Source of the DNA: Cyanophora paradoxa CCMP329
Lineage: Eukaryota > Plantae > Glaucophyta
DNA length: 64,000 bases
Assembly (NCBI GenBank): GCA_004431415.1
Contig: QPMI01000477.1
Location: 1-64,000, forward strand
Reading direction: 5' to 3'
Program-made: the position numbers and the translations under genes
The notes under the pieces: generated by a model
What the model was told of the DNA's origin: nothing
The model's database searches: none
Seen by the model: only the letters and a program-made list of their open reading frames with translations
Part shown: in pieces, positions 11,329 through 21,727 of the stretch
How the letters are laid out: each line of letters starts with the position of its first letter
How positions within the stretch are numbered: position 1 is the first letter of the stretch

Positions 11329-12162
11329 ATGGCTGAGCAACCCCCACTTGAACGAATTATTACACCACAGCTATCATTAGCTGCCCCAGCAAACCATGTT
11401 CTGCAGCATGCTACCTTTGATGATGTGGAAGGTCTCCAATCCACAGAGGTCCAACCTACAATGAACACCTTTGGTTCCACCCACAAACTGAGATTACAGG
11501 AACTCAGATGTGATAAAAATAATGGAATAGTTAAGACAACTAAGCTACTTGTCACAAATGCAAACTTTTCTGCTCATTATGGAGACCCAGATAGCTATGG
11601 AGATCCTCTGTCTACTTATTCTTTTGAATCTAGGTCGGGAGCTATTAACTGCAAATCGGGGGGAGCATATATTGGGGATGGTCTTAGGGTTGGTGGGGCT
11701 GTTGGAGCGCCTTTATTTGTGAATGATCAACCCAATCCTATTGATCCCAATACAAGAATTCGAACCTATGTCCCCAGCATGAATGCCCCATACATTATAA
11801 AGATATTCCCCATTGTTGTAAATGAACAAACAGCAGTAGTAGACTCTCTTGTTGAAATTGGTGACCACTACAAGGTAGTTGTGGATATCCCACCAGATGT
11901 ATATGCTGTATGTCAAGTAGAGGGTGGAACTCCTAATTTTGCAGTTGTGATCACCCCATATGATAATTTTGGTATTGCTTATCATGGAGTCAATTTCGGT
12001 TTGGAAGACTATCAGTTTCTGGTGAGAGCCACCAAGTTTGGTATCTACAAGTGTGTATTATATGCTGAGAGAACCGATTTTATTGCAAGGCAGAATACCT
12101 ATGCTGAGTATTATGGCACAAATCGATATTTCCCCATTTTTGGACAGGATAATGCTCCATAA
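11329..12162 (+). CDS. Fibre paralogue D: shared anchor plus C-terminal domain related to paralogue C
   Basis: RLQELRCDKNNGIVKTT...SGGAYIGDG; C-term TPYDNFG...GIYKCVLYAERTD. Confidence 0.75.
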   Translation: MAEQPPLERIITPQLSLAAPANHVLQHATFDDVEGLQSTEVQPTMNTFGSTHKLRLQELRCDKNNGIVKTTKLLVTNANFSAHYGDPDSYGDPLSTYSFESRSGAINCKSGGAYIGDGLRVGGAVGAPLFVNDQPNPIDPNTRIRTYVPSMNAPYIIKIFPIVVNEQTAVVDSLVEIGDHYKVVVDIPPDVYAVCQVEGGTPNFAVVITPYDNFGIAYHGVNFGLEDYQFLVRATKFGIYKCVLYAERTDFIARQNTYAEYYGTNRYFPIFGQDNAP

Positions 12163-12184
12163 GAATATTGGTTATATATAGAGT

Positions 12185-12430
12185 ATGGATAGTAAAACAA
12201 AAAAGTTTATTGATGCTGCTATGACAGTTCATGGTAAAGATAAATTCGATTACAGTGAGACACATTACATCAAAGCTCAAGAGAAAGTATCTGTGAGATG
12301 TTTGCAGTGTAATAAGGTGATCCTTACCTATCCCTTTAATCATGTGAAAGGGATCAGGTTGCAGGGACTGTAACAAAAGAAAGAGTCAAGCACACAGGAA
12401 AAGAGCTACTTCATCAATCAGAGTAGAGTA
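12185..12430 (+). CDS. Zinc-ribbon repeat protein of the kind found in NCLDV/phage endonuclease-like proteins (short or truncated)
   Basis: KFIDAAMTVHGKDKFDYSETHYIKAQEKVSVRCLQC...PFNHVKG matches the F..A..vHG..yDYS...Y.....kv.i.C repeat; no nuclease domain visible. Confidence 0.6.
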
Positions 12431-12481
12431 TAGGGATATTTGCATTAGGTTTGACTAGTTAATTTTTCTAAGGTATTCTTA

Positions 12482-12880
12482 ATGGAGACTAAATACAGAG
12501 GCTTTCATGTTATGCTTGATTACAAGGCTAAATCAGCTATAGCAACAGGTTATGAGCATGTTAGCTTCCTAGGTAATTGGATTATGGGAACCCTTGAACA
12601 AGCAGTATTGAGACAAGGTATTAGGATTGTTCATAAGCATTGTGAGATATTTGATGGCAAACTATCACCTCCTGGTTTTGCATTGGTTCTGCTATTAGAT
12701 GAAAGCCATTGCACAGCTCATTGTTATTCCAATGAAGGCATGTTAGCAATTGATATATTCAGTTGTGGTAAAGAAGCTCAGCATAAAACACAATCAGTAG
12801 CAGATGAGATCGATAAAACAATGAATTTCTTAACATTTGAGAAGACTGAGAGACATAAACATGATAGATTCCCGTTTTGA
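12482..12880 (+). CDS. speD: Prokaryote-type pyruvoyl S-adenosylmethionine decarboxylase family protein
   Basis: 132 aa with N-term GFHVMLD, the LLDESHCTAHCY self-cleavage motif (E/SH) and AIDIFSCG. Confidence 0.85.
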   Translation: METKYRGFHVMLDYKAKSAIATGYEHVSFLGNWIMGTLEQAVLRQGIRIVHKHCEIFDGKLSPPGFALVLLLDESHCTAHCYSNEGMLAIDIFSCGKEAQHKTQSVADEIDKTMNFLTFEKTERHKHDRFPF

Positions 12881-13367
12881 TGGGTTTCTATAATGATAAA
12901 CAGGGTAATTTACCTTTTTTATTACAATGGCAATCGTTAAAAAAGGATATAATATATCCTTTCCTACAATAGCTTTCTACAATGATTTTCTTTCTACAGT
13001 AGCTTTTGTTACAATAGAATTCTACTGTATGATGTAGCCGAAATATGAATGCACCCTACATTAAGCAATGTCAAGTATTTCGAATACTATTCGATTTCCT
13101 TACAATAACACTCAGCATCTGCCCTAGATTCCCCCTATTACCCTATTATTTAAGTGGACTCAAGGTTGACTCATATTAATCGTAAAAGTAGTAAAAGTAT
13201 ATGGATTTTGTTACGAATTCAATGGGAGGGTTGACTAAGTGGGTTGAGTTGACTCAAATTTCACAGGAAATAACAATGAATCAGAGTATAAATGCATTTT
13301 TTGAATCAACTACACCAACTAACACTGAGATTTTACCAATATATGAGGTCCTTACTGAATATGGTTT

Positions 13368-13752
13368 GTGTGACAGGTGTGACAGGTCTATCCCAAACTT
13401 TTCTATAGCATAAAAATGAACTCTCAAAAGTTTGGGATGGACCTGTCACACCTGTCACACTCGATTATTTCATTTGTTTATTCAAGTAGAATTACATAGA
13501 TAAACTTCTTACTTATTGTTACTGAGTTTTTCATTATAAAAGAGATCCTTACTGAATATGGTTTGTGTGACAGGTGTGACAGGATGCATTTTGTGAATCA
13601 ACTACACCAACTAACACTGAAATTTTAACATTAAAAGAGATCCTTACTGAATATGGTTTGTGTGACAGGTGTGACAGGTCTATCCCAAACTTTTCTATAA
13701 CATAAAAATGAACTATCAAAAGTTTGGGATAGACCTGTCACACCTGTCACAC
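13368..13752. repeat. Duplicated long hairpins (35-bp arms) with GTGACAGGT iterons; candidate replication origin
   Basis: GTGTGACAGGTGTGACAGGTCTATCCCAAACTTTT...AAAAGTTTGGGAT(G/A)GACCTGTCACACCTGTCACAC at 13368-13460 and 13660-13752, with a half copy near 13565-13583. Confidence 0.85.
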
Positions 13753-14004
13753 CCAATTATTTCAAAAATCCTAAGGGTCCCCCCTTAGAATCATTAAAAC
13801 ATGATAATAACATATCAATTTCATGTATAATTACGATTGAATTCAATAAGAGATCGATTTGTTTTATTTAACAAATGAATCTTTTATGGATCTTAATCGA
13901 GTTTAGCGATATATTTCCGATTAAATGAATTAAATTTAATTAAATTTAATCGAGAAAGTACATGAATATAATATCGATTAAATCAATTACCTTTTAGACC
14001 AATC

Positions 14005-14287
14005 ACACATAGTAAAATGCGGAGTTTTAACCAGAGGCAAGATCTAATTGAGATTCAGTTATATTATTCGGAAATATATACAGATTATCGATAGACTCAG
14101 TAAGACTAATCGGAAAATAAGAGAAATTTACGATAAAATATCGAAAAGAATACAAAATAATCGAAATAAATGAATATTCGATAAGATATACACAGATTAT
14201 CGATTGATTGAAATAGAATATACGAGATATATCAACAAAATCAATTAAGATAAGCCGAGGGTTAAAACTCCGCATTTTACTATGTGT
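14005..14287. repeat. 28-bp perfect inverted repeat bracketing the terminal 283 bp of the viral element
   Basis: ACACATAGTAAAATGCGGAGTTTTAACC (14005-14032) and its reverse complement at 14260-14287, ending at the host junction. Confidence 0.9.
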
Positions 14288-17200
14288 CACCTCCCCTTCG
14301 ACGACCCGCCCGGCGTGCGCCCCTACTGTGTCACTATTGATATCCCTGCGGTAGATCTAGACTTGACGACATTGCATTCCGCAGTCGCGGGTGGCTCGGG
14401 ACGTGTCGGGCAACGGCAGGAACGGGACGATAGTGGGCTCCGTCGTCACAAGCTGCCCGCAGACTTTGCCAACTGTCGTCGCACCTACGTGCAGTGAGAT
14501 ATCACCTCTGCTGCCACATTCACTTATATCATATAGCTAGACTCCGTTCTTTCCGCTCATTTCTCTAATTGGCAACTCTGGCGGAGGCGCGCACTTCGGG
14601 GGTGGCGAGAGCTACATCACCCTGCCCTCTTTGCACCTTGGCAATCCGATGTCCTTTGAGTTCTGGTGCGTGTTTCCCTGCTCAGTTCTGGAAACGCGCT
14701 TGTGAAGCCCAACGGACTGAAATTGGGATCAGGATCAAGCTCGGTCAGCGGCAGCAGGACTGGACGCGCGTCTTCGACTTCTCGAACGGCGGGTCATATC
14801 GCGGGAATGTGGTGCGTCGGCTTTTGAACAGCCCCTGCAGCTGGCGACGTCGATGGCGATACTGATTTCGCTGCCCGCCTCCCCTCTGGCCGATCGGCGC
14901 AGCTCATTGTTCTCCGCGCGGTGAGCGCGCAGCTAGCACGCATGCGCAGCTCCGCAGCTGCCGCCGTGGCTGCAGCATCTCCCGTCCGCAAGCGCCTGAT
15001 CATGATCATGATGCACGTCGCTGACAGGACGCCGTCATCTCGAATGCTCCGAGCCCTGACCACCTCTTCCTGATGGTTATGGATCGAGCTCGAACAAATG
15101 ACCCAGTACCCCCGGTTTGCACGTTACTCTTTCTGTGGACCGACTGCGGCGCCGGCCGCGGGCCGGGTCGGGCGGGGCCCATATTAAAAGCACCCTTAAG
15201 CCTGTACATGTGCACGAGATATAGCCGCTGAGCTCTTGAACGGTCCCATGCCACTGATCGCCATCGGCCCGACTCCGCGTCCACAGGAATCACCGGAGGA
15301 GGACCAGGTCCATCTGTACTCGGCGTCCAGCACAGACACTGGTCAGATCGAGGTACGCACGTGCACTTGCAAGAAGCGCGCTTGCCTGCAAGCGTGCAAT
15401 TTCAATTGGATCACCGCTGCGTGCACGCAGGTAGGGCGGTGGTACCACGCGGTGACTGTGCTTGGGGCGGCCGGTGACCTGCACTTCTACCTGACGGACA
15501 GCGTGACGGGCACCCACGTCCACATCACCGACGGGACGCGCACCTCCGGCCCGCAGGGGCAGAACGTGACCATTCTGCCGAGCGGGCCACGCAGCGATAA
15601 TTACATCGGCAGAGTTGCAACACCGGTGCGCGCTTAAGTTTGCAAGAGACGCGCACTTCCGATGCTCGCGATCGTGGATTGCTTCGAGCGCTAGCAATCT
15701 AGCTCGGTTTAAAGTATAGGTTCGATCAGAATGCCGGCGCCCGACTGAGCGCAAACATACGTGCAGGACCCCAAGCTGTACACGCCGACGAACATGCAGC
15801 TGTCCGGTGCGTCCGCCTGTAAACATCTCATTTAAACAAATTTAGAGCCTTTGAGCTATATTCTCAAGTTCGCCTGCGCGTTCGACATGAGGACGCGCCT
15901 GGGGTCGCAACCGCAAATGCATCTATACATGCACATGCTGACTTCGAAACCGCGGCCGGCCGCGGGCGCGTGCAGGCTTTCGGGTGTGGCCGGCGGCGCT
16001 TTCGGCGAGCGAGGTGCAGACGCTGGCGGCGGGTGGAGACATTGGGCGGCAGCCGCTCGTGCACCTCCCCTTCGACGACCCGCCCGGCGTGCGCCCCTAC
16101 TGTGTCACTATTGATATCCCTGCGGTAGATCTAGACTTGACGACATTGCATTCCGCAGTCGCGGGTGGCTCGGGACGTGTCGGGCAACGGCAGGAACGGG
16201 ACGATAGTGGGCTCCGTCGTCACAAGCTGCCCGCAGACTTTGCCAACTGTCGTCGCACCTACGTGCAGTGAGATATCACCTCTGCTGCCACATTCACTTA
16301 TATCATATAGCTAGACTCCGTTCTTTCCGCTCATTTCTCTAATTGGCAACTCTGGCGGAGGCGCGCACTTCGGGGGTGGCGAGAGCTACATCACCCTGCC
16401 CTCTTTGCACCTTGGCAATCCGATGTCCTTTGAGTTCTGGTGCGCGTTTCCCTGCTCAGTTCTGGAAACGCGCTTGTGAAGCCCAACGGACTGAAATTGG
16501 GATCAGGATCAAGCTCGGTCAGCGGCAGCAGGACTGGACGCGCGTCTTCGACTTCTCGAACGGCGGGTCATATCGCGGGAATGTGGTGCGTCGGCTTTTG
16601 AACAGTCCCTGCAGCTGGCGACGTCGATGGCGATACTGATTTCGCTGCCCGCCTCCCTCTGGCCGATCGGCGCAGCTCATTGTTCTCCGCGCGGTGAGCG
16701 CGCAGCTAGCACGCATGCGCAGCTCCGCAGCTGCCGCCGTGGCTGCAGCATCTCCCGTCCGCAAGCGCCTGATCATGATCATGATGCACGTCGCTGACAG
16801 GACGCCGTCATCTCGAATGCTCCGAGCCCTGACCACCTCTTCCTGATGGTTATGGATCGAGCTCGAACAAATGACCCAGTACCCCCGGTTTGCACGTTAC
16901 TCTTTCTGTGGACCGACTGCGGCGCCGGCCGCGGGCCGGGTCGGGCGGGGCCCATATTAAAAGCACCCTTAAGCCTGTACATGTGCACGAGATATAGCCG
17001 CTGAGCTCTTGAACGGTCCCATGCCACTGATCGCCATCGGCCCGACTCCGCGTCCACAGGAATCACCGGAGGAGGACCAGGTCCATCTGTACTCGGCGTC
17101 CAGCACAGACACTGGTCAGATCGAGGTACGCACGTGCACTTGCAAGAAGCGCGCTTGCCTGCAGCTGCAAGCGTGCAATTGCAATTGGATCACCGCTGCG

Positions 17201-18144
17201 TGCACGCAGGTGGGGTGGTGGTACCACGCGGTGACTGTGCTTGGGGCGGCCGGTGACCTGCACTTTTACCTGACGGACAGCGTGACGGGCACCCACGTCC
17301 ACATCACCGACGGGACGCGCACCTCCGGCCCGCAGGGGCAGAACGTGACCATTCTGCCGAGCGGGCCACGCAGCGATAATTACATCGGCAGAGTTGCAAC
17401 ACCGGTGCGCGCTTAAGTTTGCAAGAGACGCGCACTTCCGATGCTCGCGATCGTGGATTGCTTCGAGCGCTAGCAATCTAGCTCGGTTTTAGCCATCGGT
17501 TCGATCAGAATGCCGGCGCCCGACTGAGCGCAAACATACGTGCAGGACCCCAAGCTGTACACGCCGACGAACATGCAGCTGTCCGGTGCGCCCGCCTGTA
17601 AACATCTCATTTAAACAGATTTAGAGCTTTTGAGCTCTATTTTCAAAGTTTGCACTGCTTGTTCGACATGAGGACGCGCCTGGGGTCGCAACCGCAAATG
17701 CATCTATACATGCACATGCTGACTTCGAAACCGCGGCCGGCCGCGGGCCGCGGGTGCGTGCAGGCTTTCGGGTGTGGCCGGCGGCGCTTTCGGCGAGCGA
17801 GGTGCAGACGCTGGCGGCGGGTGGAGACATTGGGCGGCAGCCGCTCGTGCACCTCCCCTTCGACGACCCGCCCGGCGTGCGCCCCTACTGTGTCACTATT
17901 GATATCCCTGCGGTAGATCTAGACTTGACGACATTGCATTCCGCAGTCGCGGGTGGCTCGGGACGTGTCGGGCAACGGCAGGAACGGGACGATAGTGGGC
18001 TCCGTCACTACGGGCAGCGGCGATGGCTGTGCGCAAACTCCGTCGAGTTCGTGGCCGGTGGTCACCGCGGGGTACCGCAAGGCTTCGTGGATGTGCGTTC
18101 GGATCCCAGATGCGGGCTGCGGTCATTCTGAGTCAAATGCATGA
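14288..18144 (+). CDS. Spliced host gene built from ~1.78-kb tandem units each encoding a LamG/concanavalin-A-like domain; interrupted by the virus
   Basis: Near-identical units start at 14288, 16062 and 17850. Exons encode QQDWTRVFDFSNG, GRWYHAVTV, DNYIGR, RVWPAALSASEVQTL, LVHLPFDD and DVSGNGRNGTIVGSV. Confidence 0.7.
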
Positions 18145-18226
18145 TCATTGTTATACATATGCATCGCAACCTGAAATTATGCAACCATTTTATGTCTTGC
18201 GATTGTTTGCGATTGTGATTACTTTG

Positions 18227-18326
18227 TTTTTTTTTTAAAGATCTACGGCGGGCGTACCCACTCGTAGTACACAACGAGGATACAAGTCACGGTATCAGGA
18301 ATCACGGGGATTCGAAGTACAACGAA
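18227..18326 (-). mobile_element. Short poly(A)-tailed retroposon 3' fragment
   Basis: Reverse-complement near-identical to 61521-61629; poly(T) at 18227-18236. Confidence 0.65.
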
Positions 18327-18490
18327 GCGGAAACAGCAGGAACCGAACCCGGAAATCCGGGAGGTCGTAGCACGACCTTGATCCATCATCGCGGAAGATC
18401 CAACAGATTTAGATAATTTATTTTCGTTAAAAATTCATTCATTTACGTACGTATTTCATGATCATTCGAACCGGTTCATTAATTTTGCTT

Positions 18491-18553
18491 TTTTGTCTTT
18501 ATGCCCCCTGGGCAGCCCCCGCAGTGCTGGTGTCTAGAGACTGTGGCCGGTAA
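18491..18553 (+). mobile_element. 5'-truncated 3' tip of the LINE family at 43058-50881
   Basis: ATGCCCCCTGGGCAGCCCCCGCAGTGCTGGTGTCTAGAGACTGTGGCCGGTAA matches the reverse complement of about 43076-43128. Confidence 0.75.
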
Positions 18554-19417
18554 ATTGCGGTATGTATACCTACGGGGGGCTCTATATATGTATACCTACG
18601 GGGGGCTCTCTGAGAAAAAGGCTTATTCTAATTTGCGCGCGCATGCACATCCCGTCGACGTCCGCGGCGTTCTATATATATAGCTATATAGCTACGTATA
18701 CCCGGTCGATTTCGACGTCGACGTCGACGTCACTCGAGCTCGCACCGTACGCGTGGCACGTCGCATGCAGTCCGATCCGCCGCCGCAGCGCAGGCGGATC
18801 AATTGCAATCGCGATCGGTGGGGAGCGCCGCGCACACGCATCCGCGGGAGTGTCGAGCGCGAGTCGTACCCCGGGCGGGGGGGGGGGGGGCCAGCTTGCA
18901 ATTGATCATATTGGGGCGCGACTCTAGTGCCGGCTAAGGCCTTACCACAGCCTCTCCGGTCCGCGGCAGGAGCTGATCATGATGAAGTGCAGCAGTTAGC
19001 TGCTGCGCAATTGCAAGAGTGCCGCCGCGCCCGGGTCGCCCGCTGGAATCGTTAACGTCGGGATACGAAAGTGTGAATCTCGGAGGCTGTTCAATCAAAG
19101 AACTCTACACTGTTCGGGCATGGTACAAAGCACGCGAGGGTGCAGCTTAAGCGTACATGGATGGCGGGAGGCCATCGGGAGGGGAGGGATGGGGGGAGGC
19201 CATCGCGGGGAAAAAGAGTGCAGCGGAAAGAAAGCAAAGTGAAAGGTGAAGTGGGTGCCCTGAGCACGTCGCGGCGCCGGGGCTCCTCGAGGCAGATTGG
19301 CGCGGGCTGCTGCGAGGGGGTATGGGTAAGCGAGGGCCGAGGGGCACGCCGGAGGCCCGGAGCCGGGGGAAAGAGATGAAGAAAGCGGGGGAAAAATTGA
19401 TCTCGACGGCCCGGAAA

Positions 19418-19482
19418 TCAGACAACTTCCGCATAATTTTGAATCAAGAGATTTCATATCAGGTCTGTGTTGTGATCATCAT
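19418..19482 (-). ncRNA. Box C/D snoRNA, U25/snR56-like, copy 1
   Basis: C box ATGATGA; guide CACAGACCTG complementary to conserved SSU rRNA CAGGUCUGUG; D' box ATGA; terminal D box CTGA; flanking stem. Confidence 0.75.
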
Positions 19483-19533
19483 ATTGGGCCATAGAGCGAA
19501 GAAAAGATAGAACGTTAAGAAGCGCTGCCAGAA

Positions 19534-19598
19534 TCAGAGAATTTCCGCATGATTTTGAATCAAGAGATTTCATATCAGGTCTGTGTAGGGATCATCAT
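19534..19598 (-). ncRNA. Box C/D snoRNA, U25/snR56-like, copy 2
   Basis: Same boxes and guide; 12-bp flanking stem AGAAGCGCTGCC/GGCAGCGCTTCT. Confidence 0.78.
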
Positions 19599-19646
19599 TT
19601 AAGGCAGCGCTTCTATCAAAGGAAAACAAAAGCCCCAGGGCCGAGA

Positions 19647-19711
19647 TCAGAGAATTTCCGCATAATTTTGAATCAAGAGATTTCATATCAGGTCTGTGTT
19701 GGGATCATCAC
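19647..19711 (-). ncRNA. Box C/D snoRNA, U25/snR56-like, copy 3
   Basis: C box GTGATGA, same guide, D box CTGA; flanking stem GGGCCGA/TCGGCCC. Confidence 0.75.
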
Positions 19712-19843
19712 ATCGGCCCCGGCTCTCCCCTCCCCGAAACCCCGAAGGGACCCGAAACGAAAACCCCCGAAACGAAAACCCAACGCTGGCCGCTCGGCGC
19801 ACCTGAAATGCGGCGCCGACGATCCGATCCGAGTGCGGAGGGC

Positions 19844-21643
<1,800 letters not shown>

Positions 21644-21727
21644 CGCGACTTTGTCGGGAAGACTGTACCCCACAAGAGCCTAGAGAAAAGTGAAAAGCAA
21701 GCCCGACGTGAGCTTGCCGATATCACC

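Larger units (their letters stand above)
1..14287. mobile_element. Endogenous Polinton-like virus / virophage-like element (right part; left part lies outside the window)
   Basis: AT-rich, intronless, gene-dense block with a sharp switch to GC-rich host DNA at 14287/14288. Contains capsid-like, penton-like, lipase and fibre genes. The host sequence resuming at 14288 (CACCTCCCCTTCGACG) matches uninterrupted repeat copies at 16062 and 17850. Confidence 0.88.

Noticed and set aside
8030-12162. Diversity-generating retroelement or invertase shufflon acting on the fibres
   Set aside because: No template/variable repeat pair, no DGR-type RT and no recombinase or inverted crossover sites seen; the only RT in the window is a LINE 34 kb away.
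13201-13413. 70-aa ORF containing CDRCDR as a zinc-finger protein
   Set aside because: CDRCDR is simply the translation of the GTGACAGGT iterons in the hairpin region.
1-14287. Bacterial prophage or contamination
   Set aside because: Capsid and penton motifs are PLV-like, no tailed-phage head or terminase genes are seen, and the end joins precisely into a host exon repeat.
19065-19170. Possible H/ACA snoRNA on the minus strand next to the C/D cluster
   Set aside because: A 3' ACA and a hairpin are visible, but no convincing ANANNA H box or target could be found by eye.
19418-19711. CRISPR array (repeat-spacer-repeat)
   Set aside because: Repeats are ~65 nt, there are only three, no cas genes are present, the context is eukaryotic, and C/D snoRNA boxes with an rRNA guide explain them.
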